Shown: one piece after another, positions 39,329-49,259 of the stretch
Numbering within the stretch: the stretch's first letter is position 1
How the letters are laid out: every line of letters begins with the position of its first letter
Assembly: GCA_027492035.1 (NCBI GenBank)
Contig: JAOZFT010000004.1
Location: 113,929-177,928, forward strand
Source of the DNA: Thermoproteota archaeon
GTDB taxonomy: Archaea > Korarchaeota > JAOZGF01 > JAOZFZ01
Direction of reading: 5' to 3'
Length of the DNA stretch: 64,000 bases
Program-made: the position numbers and the translations under genes
The notes under the pieces: generated by a model
The model's database searches: none
Told to the model about the DNA's origin: nothing
Seen by the model: only the letters and a program-made list of their open reading frames with translations

Positions 39329-40466
39329 TTCTTCTTCTATTTATTTGTTCAACTATGTCAGGGTTTATTCTGTACATTCTTCCCTTTCTATGGATAATAT
39401 CCATATCCGCCAGTTCCTCTATTCGGAAAAATTCTTTCTCTAGAGGGATACCCATAACTACTGCTGCTTGTTCCAATGTGAATTGTTCATTTTGGAAAGT
39501 GTTAAAGAGGAGTCTAAGTTCCCTTTTAAGCGTGTAGGGCAAGTCCCCCAATTCTTCTATAGGCTCTTCCAGGTAAAGGAATGCGTTAAAAATTTCTTCA
39601 GTGACTTTTACTATCCTCTTCCTCAAAGCTATTTCTATACATAAATTAAGAACCCTCATCAGTTCTAAAGGTATCCCTTTCGAGAAATTGTTTGCCCTCT
39701 CTATTATTTCCTCATTAAAAGGGAACAATGCATCCCCTGTAGGGTGGATACGAAGTCTAGCTAACCTTTTCTGCGTAAAGGCCAGTGCTTCATCAACGTT
39801 GAATGGATTTACCTCCATAAATGTGTGAATTCTGGAAGTAAAGGCTGAATAATCTCTCTCAAGCAGCTCATATGCTTGGGGGGTAACTGCTAAAACAAAT
39901 AAAACTCCTTCAGGCATGCTGCTCACTAAATGCCTTAACATTTCTATTAAATAAAACCTCCACTCAGCTGAAGAGAAATATATGTTTTGCAAGTCATCTA
40001 TGAGGATGGCAGCTGGGAAATTCGTTTTAAAAGAATTGATTACTATTTCAGCTGCGTCTGTAGGGGATAAGCTACCGTCACTTAGCCCTTCAACCTTTGC
40101 ATAAATTGGAAACCCTAATTTCCTCTTTAGTCTGGAAACAAAACTTTTTTCAGCGTTTATAGATTCAATTAATACTTTCCTTATTAAGTTACTTACTACA
40201 CCAGGTTCCGCTTTATTAAATGAACAAAAGGCCTCCCTTACAGTGAAGAAGTTCCTAATTCTCATTAACCTGGTGGTTTTCCCGAATCCTTTCTCCCCAA
40301 TTAAAAGGATTAAACCTGACCCTTCCATAGCGGCAGATTCGTTTACTATTTCATCTAAGACATAATCCCCTCTAGTCTTGACAAAAACCGATTCTACATC
40401 AGGAAACCAAAGTTCACTTATTTCTTCAAATGGGTTCCCTTTTAAATTAAGATCAGCTAGTGACAT
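39312..40466 (-). CDS. AAA+ ATPase with C-terminal winged-helix-like region (archaeal ATPase family)
   Basis: Walker A LLIGEKGFGKTT, Walker B-like AILIDDLQ; overlaps the radA start by 17 nt on the same strand. Confidence 0.45.
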   Translation of the reverse strand: MSLADLNLKGNPFEEISELWFPDVESVFVKTRGDYVLDEIVNESAAMEGSGLILLIGEKGFGKTTRLMRIRNFFTVREAFCSFNKAEPGVVSNLIRKVLIESINAEKSFVSRLKRKLGFPIYAKVEGLSDGSLSPTDAAEIVINSFKTNFPAAILIDDLQNIYFSSAEWRFYLIEMLRHLVSSMPEGVLFVLAVTPQAYELLERDYSAFTSRIHTFMEVNPFNVDEALAFTQKRLARLRIHPTGDALFPFNEEIIERANNFSKGIPLELMRVLNLCIEIALRKRIVKVTEEIFNAFLYLEEPIEELGDLPYTLKRELRLLFNTFQNEQFTLEQAAVVMGIPLEKEFFRIEELADMDIIHRKGRMYRINPDIVEQINRRRIEVLG

Positions 40467-40737
40467 AGTTTTTTGAACCTCGAATCTCTTTTTAATATTT
40501 AGAGTGAGGGTTTACAGGTTTGAAAACATCTTCTTAAACCCTTTAAGATTTAAAAAGGAGTTCCAATTTTTTAAAAGGAGGGAAGGAGTAAATTACTCTT
40601 TACTTAAGTTTAAGATTTTTAAAAATTAAAGTCTTTCCTTTAACTTGAAAAACGAACAAAGAAAGGAAAAGTTAAAGAAAAGAATCTTTAAAAATAAAAT
40701 TCTCATTTCCAAGTGAAACTTCAGGTGAAAATTTATA

Positions 40738-40944
40738 ATGAAACCGAATTTTAGAAAGAGAAGCAATGCAGTTGTAATATCAGTTTCCATGCCTTTAAAA
40801 TATGTGAAAGCCATAGACGCTTTAGTAAACGAAAAAATTTATTATTCAAGAAGTGATTTAGTGAGGGATGCTTTAAGGAATTTCTTTATTTCTAAATTTC
40901 CTGATTTGCTTGGGAAACAGGAAAAAACTTTTCCAGAAGAGTAA
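40738..40944 (+). CDS. Ribbon-helix-helix (CopG-like) DNA-binding protein
   Basis: VISVSMPLKYVKAIDALVNEKIYYSRSDLVRDALRNF matches the RHH beta-strand/helix pattern. Confidence 0.5.
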   Translation: MKPNFRKRSNAVVISVSMPLKYVKAIDALVNEKIYYSRSDLVRDALRNFFISKFPDLLGKQEKTFPEE

Positions 40945-41046
40945 ATAACGGCGACCCTTAATGCAAATATTTAAATTAAAAGGAGGCTGCACTTTTAGGA
41001 TACTGAAAGAAAAAATTACGAAAATACATTATATGCAGGTGCTTAT

Positions 41047-43248
41047 ATGCCAAGGATAGAGATTGAATCCCTAAGAGAACTTATGCAGCAAAAGGAGAGA
41101 ATAAGGAACATAGGAATAATTGCCCACATTGATCATGGAAAAACCACTATGTCAGATAGTTTATTAGCTGCTGCAGGTATTCTCTCACCCAGAATAGCTG
41201 GAGTAGCTAGAAAATTAGACTACTTAGAAGTTGAGCAAAAAAGAGGAATAACAATAAAGAGTGCTAACATCTCCCTCTTGCATGAAGTGAATGGGAAAAA
41301 ATATGTCATAAACTTAGTGGATACACCGGGACACGTTGATTTTACTGGACATGTAACCAGAGCACTTAGAGTTATTGACGGAGCTATTTGTGTTGTTGAT
41401 GCCGTAGAGGAAGTGATGGTTCAAACTGAAACTGTTACGCGGCAAGCATTAGAGATGCGAGTTAAACCTACCCTCTTCATAAACAAGGTTGATAGGTTAA
41501 TTACGGAGCTTAAACTTAAACCCCAAGAAATCCAGAAGAAGATAGAAAGGATAATAAAGAGCTATAATAATTTAATAGATATTTATGCGGAACCTGAATA
41601 TAAGGAAAAGTGGAAAATTAATTTTATGGAAGGCAATGTTTCATTCGGTTCAGCACTTGATAAGTGGGGCTTAACTTTTGATATAACCCAGAATAAGGGG
41701 ATAAAGTTTTCAGATATAATAAAGGCTTACGAAGAAGAGAAAGTAGGTGAACTTCAAGAGAAGTTACCTCTTCATGAAGCAATACTTGACATGGTAATAA
41801 AACATTTACCGAATCCGGCTGAAGCCCAAAAGTACAGAATCGAAAGCCTTTGGAAGGGGGATTTAAATAGTGAACTTGGACAAGCTATGCTTAATTGCGA
41901 CGAGGATGGACCTTTGGCAATAGCTGTCAATAAAATTAACATAGACCCACATGCAGGTGTAATAGCTACAGGCAGAGTGTTGTCAGGCACTGTTAGAGGG
42001 GGGGATGAAGTGTTTCTGTTAATGGCCAGAAGTAAACATAGAATTCAACAAGTTTCACTTTACATGGGTGCAGATCGTGAAATAGTGGACGCCATACCAG
42101 CCGGAAACATAGTTGCATTGCTAGGCTTGCCAACAGCACGGGCTGGAGAAACTATAGTGACACCGCAGTACTCAGATTACCCTCCATTTGAAAAAATAAA
42201 ATATGTAACAGAGCCTGTTGTTACTGTAGCTATCGAACCTAAAAGACCTGCAGATTTACCTAAACTTATAGATCACATAAGAAAAGTGTCAATTGAGGAC
42301 CCTAACTTGGTTTACACAATTAATGAAGAAACAGGCGAAACCTTGATTTCAGGAATGGGAGAGCTTCACATGGAAATTGTTATAAATAATATAAGGGAAT
42401 CTGGAATCGAGATAGTGACGTCGCCACCCGTGGTTGTGTACCGCGAGACAGTGAAAGGAAAATCTTATCAACCAGTACTTGCGAAATCACCAAATAAACA
42501 CAACAGATTTTGGCTAGTTGCAGAGCCATTAAATCAAGAAACAATTAAGCTGCTTGAGACAGGAGAAGTAACTGATGAAATGGCTTGGAGAAAAAGAGCT
42601 AAAATTTTGAGAGAGAAGGCTAATTGGTCAGCTGAGGATGCACGTAACATTTGGGTGATTGACGAGTACTTAAACATTTTTGTAAACAAAACTTCAGGAG
42701 TTCAGTACCTTGAAGAGGTGAAAGAAATGATAATAAGTGCTTTCAGATGGGCTACGAAGGAGGGCCCTTTATGTAGGGAACCTTTGAGAGGGGTGAAAGT
42801 GAACTTAGTTGACATTCAAATTCATGAAGATCCTGTACATAGGGGACCTGCTCAAGTAATGCCTGCCATTAGAAGATCAGTTTACGGTGCAGTTTTATCT
42901 GCTCAGCCATGTTTACTAGAACCTATTTACAAAATACAAGTTACAGTTCCTCCGGACATGGTTGGTAAAATCATAGGGGTTCTTACCACGAAGAGAGGGA
43001 GAGTTGAGAAAATAGAGGAAAGAGGGCATCTTTCGGTCATTCACGGCTTTATCCCAGTAGCTGAAACCATAGGCTTCGCTAGTGTAATGAGGCAAGCATC
43101 AAGCGGCAAGGCTTTTTGGCAAAATACATTCTCACATTGGGAGTTGCTTCCCGAAAAATTAACAAGGGATTTGATAATTAAGATAAGGAAAAGGAAAGGA
43201 CTGAAACCAGAGGTTCCACGCGCTGAGGAATATATGGATAAACTTTAA
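41047..43248 (+). CDS. fusA: Elongation factor 2 (aEF-2)
   Basis: GTPase motifs AHIDHGKTT and DTPGHVDF; 733 aa. Confidence 0.95.
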   Translation: MPRIEIESLRELMQQKERIRNIGIIAHIDHGKTTMSDSLLAAAGILSPRIAGVARKLDYLEVEQKRGITIKSANISLLHEVNGKKYVINLVDTPGHVDFTGHVTRALRVIDGAICVVDAVEEVMVQTETVTRQALEMRVKPTLFINKVDRLITELKLKPQEIQKKIERIIKSYNNLIDIYAEPEYKEKWKINFMEGNVSFGSALDKWGLTFDITQNKGIKFSDIIKAYEEEKVGELQEKLPLHEAILDMVIKHLPNPAEAQKYRIESLWKGDLNSELGQAMLNCDEDGPLAIAVNKINIDPHAGVIATGRVLSGTVRGGDEVFLLMARSKHRIQQVSLYMGADREIVDAIPAGNIVALLGLPTARAGETIVTPQYSDYPPFEKIKYVTEPVVTVAIEPKRPADLPKLIDHIRKVSIEDPNLVYTINEETGETLISGMGELHMEIVINNIRESGIEIVTSPPVVVYRETVKGKSYQPVLAKSPNKHNRFWLVAEPLNQETIKLLETGEVTDEMAWRKRAKILREKANWSAEDARNIWVIDEYLNIFVNKTSGVQYLEEVKEMIISAFRWATKEGPLCREPLRGVKVNLVDIQIHEDPVHRGPAQVMPAIRRSVYGAVLSAQPCLLEPIYKIQVTVPPDMVGKIIGVLTTKRGRVEKIEERGHLSVIHGFIPVAETIGFASVMRQASSGKAFWQNTFSHWELLPEKLTRDLIIKIRKRKGLKPEVPRAEEYMDKL

Positions 43249-43262
43249 ATGAAAGGATACCT

Positions 43263-43961
43263 ATGAAACCTCAAGCTGAAAAAATAATAAGGGAAGTACT
43301 AGATTCAGGAAGAAAGAACTTAACTGAACATGAGTCAAAGGAACTGCTTAGAGCATACAACATCCCAGTTTCAGTAACGAAAGTAGCTAAAACAGCATCA
43401 GAAGCAGTAAAAATAGCTGAAGAGATAGGTTATCCAGTGGTGTTGAAGGTACTATCTCCAAAAATCATCCATAAATCAGATATTCAAGGCGTACAGGTCA
43501 ATCTCCGAAACAAAGGAGAGGTGCTCCAAGCTTTTAAGAGAATAATGGAAAATGCAAAACTGAAAGTTGCAGAAAAAGAAATCTGGGGAGTGACGGTTCA
43601 AAAGTATTACCTTAAAGGAAGAGAGGCAATAGTTGGGGTAATAAATGACCCACAATTTGGGCCAACTTTAATGTTTGGGCTAGGGGGTATTTTCGTCGAA
43701 ATCTATCGCGACGTTTCCTTCAGAGTTTTACCTGTAACTTCAGAGGATATAGAAGAAATGATAAAGGAAGTTAAGGGATACAAAATTTTAGAGGGGTACA
43801 GAGGAGAAAAACCTATTGATTTTTCTTTATTAAAAGACCTTCTGTTTAAAGTTTCAGAAATGGCGCTCAATATTCCTTTAATAAAAGAAATGGATTTAAA
43901 CCCTGTTGCACTTTATGAAAATTTAGTTGTAGTATTGGATGCACGCGTAGTTTTGAAATAA
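43263..43961 (+). CDS. acdB: Acetate--CoA ligase (ADP-forming), beta subunit
   Basis: Near-colinear match to remembered Pyrococcus ACS beta (GYPVVLKVLSPKIIHKSDIQGV, DPQFGPTLMFGLGGIFVEI, EMDLNPV); no alpha subunit adjacent. Confidence 0.8.
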   Translation: MKPQAEKIIREVLDSGRKNLTEHESKELLRAYNIPVSVTKVAKTASEAVKIAEEIGYPVVLKVLSPKIIHKSDIQGVQVNLRNKGEVLQAFKRIMENAKLKVAEKEIWGVTVQKYYLKGREAIVGVINDPQFGPTLMFGLGGIFVEIYRDVSFRVLPVTSEDIEEMIKEVKGYKILEGYRGEKPIDFSLLKDLLFKVSEMALNIPLIKEMDLNPVALYENLVVVLDARVVLK

Positions 43962-43979
43962 AAGAAAAGGGGGGGATAA

Positions 43980-44192
43980 GAAATACCTATAAAAGCATCA
44001 ACCCTATATGATAAAGAAGTATATACTTTAAATGCAGCATTTGTGGGTGTTGTAGATCACTTGATTTTTGACACAGTCCAAGGTCGTATTTCCTCTCTGG
44101 AGGTAATAACTAAAGATAAGAGAAGAGCGAAAATACCTTTCCATCTGGTTTCGAAAGTAAAAGATATTATTCTTCTCAAGTCAGCCCTATAG
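43980..44192 (+). CDS. PRC-barrel domain protein, second copy; conserved N-terminus has no canonical start codon
   Basis: Open frame after TAA at 43977-79 encodes EIPIKASTLYDKEVYTLNAAFVGVVDHLIFDTVQGRISSLEVITKDKRRAKIPFHLVSKVKDIILLKSAL, parallel to the 36797 paralog. First canonical start is GTG at 44043, inside the domain. Confidence 0.45.
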   Translation, partial: EIPIKASTLYDKEVYTLNAAFVGVVDHLIFDTVQGRISSLEVITKDKRRAKIPFHLVSKVKDIILLKSAL

Positions 44193-44218
44193 CAGTTAAG
44201 CAGTACACGGGGACCAGG

Positions 44219-45088
44219 ATGCTAGAGGAATATTATAAACAGTTGGATATTTTACAAGACAAACTTTTGGGACAAAAAGAAGAAAGAGAAAAGCATCTTA
44301 AAGAATTGAAAGAAATAAGAAAGAAAGAAAAGGAATTGAAAGAAAAATATAAAGAAATGCTTAAGAAAGCTTTGGAAATGAAGGAAAAAAGGGATGCCTA
44401 TAACGAACTCGTAAAAAAGGCTAAAGAGAAAAGAGAGAAAGTAAAGGAAAAGTTAAAGGAAATATTAAAAAAAGCCAGAGAACATAAAGAGCAGTATAGG
44501 GATTGTATAAAAAATATCAAAACCCCGGGGAGAGTATTGAGGTCAAAAATAGATAAGATAGAATGGTTAATCCAAACAAATCCCTTGACTCAAGAACAAG
44601 AAAAGAAATTAATTGACCAGCTTAGTAAACTGCAACAAACTTATAAAATGAGACTTGAAGCAAATGCATTGAAACAAAAAGCATTTGAATACTATGCGGA
44701 AGTTGGAAAATTGAAACTGGAGGATAACAAGTTCCATCGAGAGGTGCTGGAAAAAGCAGAATTAGCTCAGAAGTGCCATGAAACAATGAAAAAATATTTT
44801 AAAAAGGTCGACGAAATAAAGGAGGAAATTGATAAAGTAAAAAAGGAAATGCAACCATATATAGAAAAAGTTAATTACTATCAACAAGAAATGGACAAGA
44901 TTAGGAACAAAATCCGTGAAATAAGGGAGAAAATACAGGAGGAGAAAAGAAAAATAAAAGAAAAAGAGCAAAAAACAGTGGAGGACATGAGAAAAAAGAA
45001 GTTAAAGGAAGCACTTGAAAAATTAAACAATAAAGAAAAGATATCAATGGAAGAGTTTTTTCTATTGGTTAAAGAAGGATATTTATGA
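44219..45088 (+). CDS. Lys/Glu-rich coiled-coil protein
   Basis: 289 aa of charged heptad-like sequence; overlaps the start of the next ORF by 4 nt. Confidence 0.4.
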   Translation: MLEEYYKQLDILQDKLLGQKEEREKHLKELKEIRKKEKELKEKYKEMLKKALEMKEKRDAYNELVKKAKEKREKVKEKLKEILKKAREHKEQYRDCIKNIKTPGRVLRSKIDKIEWLIQTNPLTQEQEKKLIDQLSKLQQTYKMRLEANALKQKAFEYYAEVGKLKLEDNKFHREVLEKAELAQKCHETMKKYFKKVDEIKEEIDKVKKEMQPYIEKVNYYQQEMDKIRNKIREIREKIQEEKRKIKEKEQKTVEDMRKKKLKEALEKLNNKEKISMEEFFLLVKEGYL

Positions 45089-46110
45089 AAACGAAAACCT
45101 TAATTATTTGTATAGATAGAGATAATGACGTAGGCAAAAAAACAGGTAAGTCAGGGCCAATAATTGGAAGAGATGCAAATATAAAGGTAGCTACAGATCT
45201 TTTGTTGCAGGATCCAGCTGAATCTGATGCTAATGCCATATTTGCTGCAGTGAAAGTGTATGACAACTTAAAAAAGGAAGGTGAAGATGTAGAAGTAGCT
45301 ACAATTACCGGACATGAAAAGAAGGGGTTGGTAGCCGATAAAATTATTAATGAACAATTAAATAAAGTTTTATTGGGTTACAATGCAGAAAGAGCTATTG
45401 TAGTGACAGATGGAGCTGATGATGAGTTTATTTTACCAATCGTTCAATCCAAGATACCTATATACTCTATGCAGAGAGTAATTGTTCAACAAAGTCAAGA
45501 AATAGAAACTACAGTTATTATATTAATGAATTATATAAAAAGATATGCTAGGATTGTTTTAGGCATTCCAGGGATTTTTTTCATTGCTGCAGCTATTCTT
45601 TATCTCTTGAATCAATTGCAATATCTCTCATCAATGTTCCTGCTTTTAGTTGGTAGTACATTAGCTATTAAAGGTTTTAAGCTAGATACTGCAGTAAAGA
45701 AAATGTTAACCGGAAGAATCGAGTTCTTCACAATGGTTTCAGGGTTAATAATAATTTTTTCAGTTCTTTTCGCGATTTACCAATCTATATTTACAAAAAC
45801 AAACCTGTCACTTTCCACCCTCTTAATTGAAACCTCATCCACTTATTTATGGTTAATTATTTTAGGTTTTGTTGTTTGGTTCTCCGGTGGAGTTGTAGAG
45901 GCTTTAATAAAGGGGTCGAAAGTTGTCTGGGATAGAGTAACTCTTATAGTTACAACTGTAACATTGTACCCGGTATTATTGAATTCCCTACCTATACTCT
46001 TATTTGGTTACTCGCCAGAGAGACTTTTAAATTTACTAATTTATGTCATGCTCGGGATGGTGGTAGTATCAATTACTTTCCTCATTGCTTGGAAGAAAAA
46101 GAGAGTTTAA
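45085..46110 (+). CDS. Membrane protein with N-terminal cytoplasmic domain (DUF373-like)
   Basis: Soluble N-terminal part (LIICIDRDNDVGKKTG...) then several TM segments; family from memory. Confidence 0.4.
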   Translation: MKTKTLIICIDRDNDVGKKTGKSGPIIGRDANIKVATDLLLQDPAESDANAIFAAVKVYDNLKKEGEDVEVATITGHEKKGLVADKIINEQLNKVLLGYNAERAIVVTDGADDEFILPIVQSKIPIYSMQRVIVQQSQEIETTVIILMNYIKRYARIVLGIPGIFFIAAAILYLLNQLQYLSSMFLLLVGSTLAIKGFKLDTAVKKMLTGRIEFFTMVSGLIIIFSVLFAIYQSIFTKTNLSLSTLLIETSSTYLWLIILGFVVWFSGGVVEALIKGSKVVWDRVTLIVTTVTLYPVLLNSLPILLFGYSPERLLNLLIYVMLGMVVVSITFLIAWKKKRV

Positions 46111-46119
46111 TGTTTCCAT

Positions 46120-46395
46120 TCAGCCGTTGTCCCTCTCCATTTCTTGCAAAAATTTAACGAAAAGAGAAACCTCGCCTCTTTTAAGATTTAAACAGTACTT
46201 ACGGGGACGGTAAGGGAAAGTTTTGAGCCATTTCACCTCCTCAAGGTCTTTCAAGTACTTTCCTAAAGTTTTTGAGTCAATACCTAAACTTTTTCTAATT
46301 TGGTACTTGGTGTAAAGTAGTGAAGGATTTTTAGCGAGGAAACGAATAAGTTGAACTTTTCGGTAACTTCCTAACACTTTCTTAATTTTATCCAT
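46120..46395 (-). CDS. Small winged-helix transcription regulator
   Basis: 91 aa, HTH-like pattern; divergent from orc1/cdc6. Confidence 0.4.
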   Translation of the reverse strand: MDKIKKVLGSYRKVQLIRFLAKNPSLLYTKYQIRKSLGIDSKTLGKYLKDLEEVKWLKTFPYRPRKYCLNLKRGEVSLFVKFLQEMERDNG

Positions 46396-46563
46396 GAATA
46401 TGAACCTGAAGTTTTGTAGTATTTATTTCTTTTGAACGATTAGAGTTAGAGAAATAACCAGCAAAGAACTTAGAACAATTATTTACCCCCCCTCCCCCAA
46501 AAAAACAACCCCACAATATAAAAAGTTGATAAAATGAAGAAATTTCAAGGAGGGGGTTGAGAC

Positions 46564-47751
46564 ATGGGAAGCAATTTTTTAACTTTAAAGGGGTGGCATT
46601 CACCCATTTTCAGGGATGAAACAAAACTTTACTTAGAGTATGTCCCTAAAGATCTTCCTCACCGAGAGGATACAATGAAAAAACTAACCTATTTATTTTG
46701 GCCAATTATTTCCTCTACTGGAAATTTTTCAGCTAGTGCCTGGATACATGGGGCTGTAGGAACAGGTAAAACCGCTGTTTCTAAGAAGTTTGGATTTCTC
46801 TTTGAGAAAATCAGTAAACAGAAATCATTTCTTTTAAAGTATATTCACATAAATTGTAAACAGAAAAGAACAGGCTCTAATGTGATTTTATCCATCTTGG
46901 ATAATTTAAACGTGACAGTGCCTTCTAGAGGACTTTCTTTTCAAGAATTAGCCTCAATACTTAAAAAAATTCTGTTCAAGAAGAAAAGATATATCCTTTT
47001 AGTTTTGGATGAGGCAGGTTATCTTTTGAAAAAGGAAGGATCCGACATTATTTACAGCCTTGCACGGCTAACAGAGGAAGAATTTAATCAGAGGCCTTTA
47101 TTCTCATTTATTTTTACCTCTAAACAAGGTAGAGATGCCTTTCTTCTAGATCAAAGTACAAGAAGTTCACTTGCACCAACTAAAATTCATTTACCAAAAT
47201 ACAATAAGAATGAGTTAAAAGATATACTAACTCTAAGAACTGAGGAAGCTTTAAGAAAGGGAGTGATAAAGGAGGAAGTAATAGATTTAATAGCAGAAAT
47301 TGCTTCTTCAAAAGGAGATGCTCGATATGCCATAGAGCTCTTGTGGAAAGCTGGTAAAGAAGCTGAAATGGAGGATTCAAAAGAAATACTTCCCTCTCAT
47401 GTCCACAAAGTTAATTTATCTATTATGGAACCTAGACAATATGAGGAGATAAATAACTTGCCGAGACATGAAAAGATGGTTTTGTTAGCGATCATAAAAG
47501 AAAATCTGAGTGGAGAGAGGAAATATGCAAGGATTAAAAGGATAGTGGAGAGGTACAGGGGCATTTGTAGAAAATATGGTGAAGAACCTAGGTCCTATAC
47601 TAGGGTTTGGCAATTCATAAAGGATTTACAGCACGCAGGGTTAATAGAAGTTAATAGGTTAAGTGAAGGTGAAAGAGGAACCTTAAAGATAAGGGTTACC
47701 CATGAAGAACTAAACAGTTTGGAGGGAGTAATAAAGGGGCAACTTTGCTAA
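46564..47751 (+). CDS. cdc6: Orc1/Cdc6 replication initiator
   Basis: Walker A GAVGTGKTAV, Walker B LLVLDEAGYL, C-terminal winged helix; 395 aa. Confidence 0.9.
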   Translation: MGSNFLTLKGWHSPIFRDETKLYLEYVPKDLPHREDTMKKLTYLFWPIISSTGNFSASAWIHGAVGTGKTAVSKKFGFLFEKISKQKSFLLKYIHINCKQKRTGSNVILSILDNLNVTVPSRGLSFQELASILKKILFKKKRYILLVLDEAGYLLKKEGSDIIYSLARLTEEEFNQRPLFSFIFTSKQGRDAFLLDQSTRSSLAPTKIHLPKYNKNELKDILTLRTEEALRKGVIKEEVIDLIAEIASSKGDARYAIELLWKAGKEAEMEDSKEILPSHVHKVNLSIMEPRQYEEINNLPRHEKMVLLAIIKENLSGERKYARIKRIVERYRGICRKYGEEPRSYTRVWQFIKDLQHAGLIEVNRLSEGERGTLKIRVTHEELNSLEGVIKGQLC

Positions 47752-48062
47752 AATCTACGGAGAGGTGTTTTCTAGTGCCTACTCTCCCACAAAAAATTAG
47801 TTTAGAGGAGGTATTCTCAACAAAGGCCCGAGTACGAATTATTAAATTGCTTATTTCAGAGGGAGAGATGAACATTACCCAGTTAACTAGAAAAACATGT
47901 TTAAATCACAAAATAGTTTCTTCAAACATTAAAGTTCTGTCAGAGAAAGGAATAATCTCTACAGAAAAAATAGGAAGAATTAGAACTTGCAAAATAAATA
48001 AATCAAACCCAAGAGCTAAATTATTAGCTAAATTTATTTCAGAATGGCAAAAAAGGCTATGA
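47745..48062 (+). CDS. Winged-helix (ArsR-like) transcription regulator
   Basis: EEVFSTKARVRIIKLLISEGEMNITQLTRKTCLNHKIVSSNIKVLSEKGII; overlaps the cdc6 stop. Confidence 0.5.
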   Translation: MLKSTERCFLVPTLPQKISLEEVFSTKARVRIIKLLISEGEMNITQLTRKTCLNHKIVSSNIKVLSEKGIISTEKIGRIRTCKINKSNPRAKLLAKFISEWQKRL

Positions 48063-49253
48063 AAGATGTATTAACTTTTTAACTTCATCTCTACCTAGTG
48101 AAAGGTAATTTATGACTTCTTTCCTATATTTACTCTGTTTCTGAACAAGCAATTTAATGAAAGGCAAATACTCAGAAATTACTTTTTTGCTTGAAACATG
48201 ACATTTGCTTGAAATCTTAGCCACTAATTCTTTTTCTTCACCCCTATCTTTCCTAGAAGAACTGATCTTCTTCAAGTAGGTGGGGAATTTAAAGGGGATG
48301 AATTTTTTCCTTTTTCCTACTGAAACAAAAGCCACCGTACCAAACATTAAATCAAAAAAATACTTTAGAAGAGACCAGTTTCCTTCCTTCTTTATTCTTC
48401 CAAGAAAAATGTCGGCTTTTGAGAGTTTCTCATAAGCCATGACTAAACCACGAGGTTCATTATAGATGAGAGGGAGGTTTTCAGCAACCCATTGAAAGAG
48501 AAGAGGGTAGTCTATTTCCAATTCTTCAAACACCCTTAGACCTTCTTCGAAACTTTTAGCCCTTAATAATTTATTAATTGCGGCAAAAACATCTATTTTA
48601 ATGTCACGTGCATGAATTTGCGTTTTATAGAGGAGAATACTTTGTAAATCGTTTAAAGCAGCCCTTACATCACCTTTTGCATTCTCCGCTATTGCATTAA
48701 GAATTTTATTATCTACATGACCCCCTTCTAACTGAACTACCCTTTTTAAGTAATGGAGGATAGTGGGTTTAGGTATTCTTCGAAATTTAATGGTTTCACT
48801 TTTCAAACGGATATCCCTAAGTCCCAAAGCGTAAGCGTTATTTGCAATCAACACTATTGGATATTTAGATTTCTCAATGACATGGATAAGGAAGGAAATG
48901 AATCTTGGAAAAAGGCTTCTTAACCCTTCTACTTCATCAATTAATATTATTTTTCCCTGGGAACCAAATAAACTAGTTGACGTCAAAGTGGAGCTCAGTG
49001 CTCTACAAAGCTCCTCAAAAGAGGAAATGGATACGGGGTCGATTTTTACTAGCTCAAAACCTAGTTCTTTGGCCTCTAACTCAACTAGAAGCGTTTTACC
49101 TGAACCTGAAGGCCCGAAAAGCAATGCAGGCTTACTAGTTTCTCCTTTAATAAATTTTTTAAGCCAAGTATTGAATTTTTCAGTAGCTTCTTTTTGATCC
49201 AAGTACTCAGATAAACTTTTGGGTTTGTATTTTTCAATGAAAAGAGTGGACAT
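48057..49253 (-). CDS. rfcL: Replication factor C, large subunit
   Basis: EKYKPKSLSEYLDQ then Walker A GPSGSGKT, Walker B LIDEVEG; 398 aa; adjacent to the small subunit. Confidence 0.9.
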   Translation of the reverse strand: MSTLFIEKYKPKSLSEYLDQKEATEKFNTWLKKFIKGETSKPALLFGPSGSGKTLLVELEAKELGFELVKIDPVSISSFEELCRALSSTLTSTSLFGSQGKIILIDEVEGLRSLFPRFISFLIHVIEKSKYPIVLIANNAYALGLRDIRLKSETIKFRRIPKPTILHYLKRVVQLEGGHVDNKILNAIAENAKGDVRAALNDLQSILLYKTQIHARDIKIDVFAAINKLLRAKSFEEGLRVFEELEIDYPLLFQWVAENLPLIYNEPRGLVMAYEKLSKADIFLGRIKKEGNWSLLKYFFDLMFGTVAFVSVGKRKKFIPFKFPTYLKKISSSRKDRGEEKELVAKISSKCHVSSKKVISEYLPFIKLLVQKQSKYRKEVINYLSLGRDEVKKLIHLS

Positions 49254-49259
49254 TCCTGA

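Noticed and set aside
44219-45088. K/E-rich repetitive region as a DNA tandem repeat
   Set aside because: Periodicity is at the protein level (coiled-coil heptads), not an exact nucleotide repeat.
46540-46563. GGAGGGGG upstream of orc1/cdc6 as part of an origin recognition box with the inverted CCCCCTCC at about 46485
   Set aside because: The element sits about 10 nt before the ATG and is more simply a Shine-Dalgarno-like ribosome binding site.
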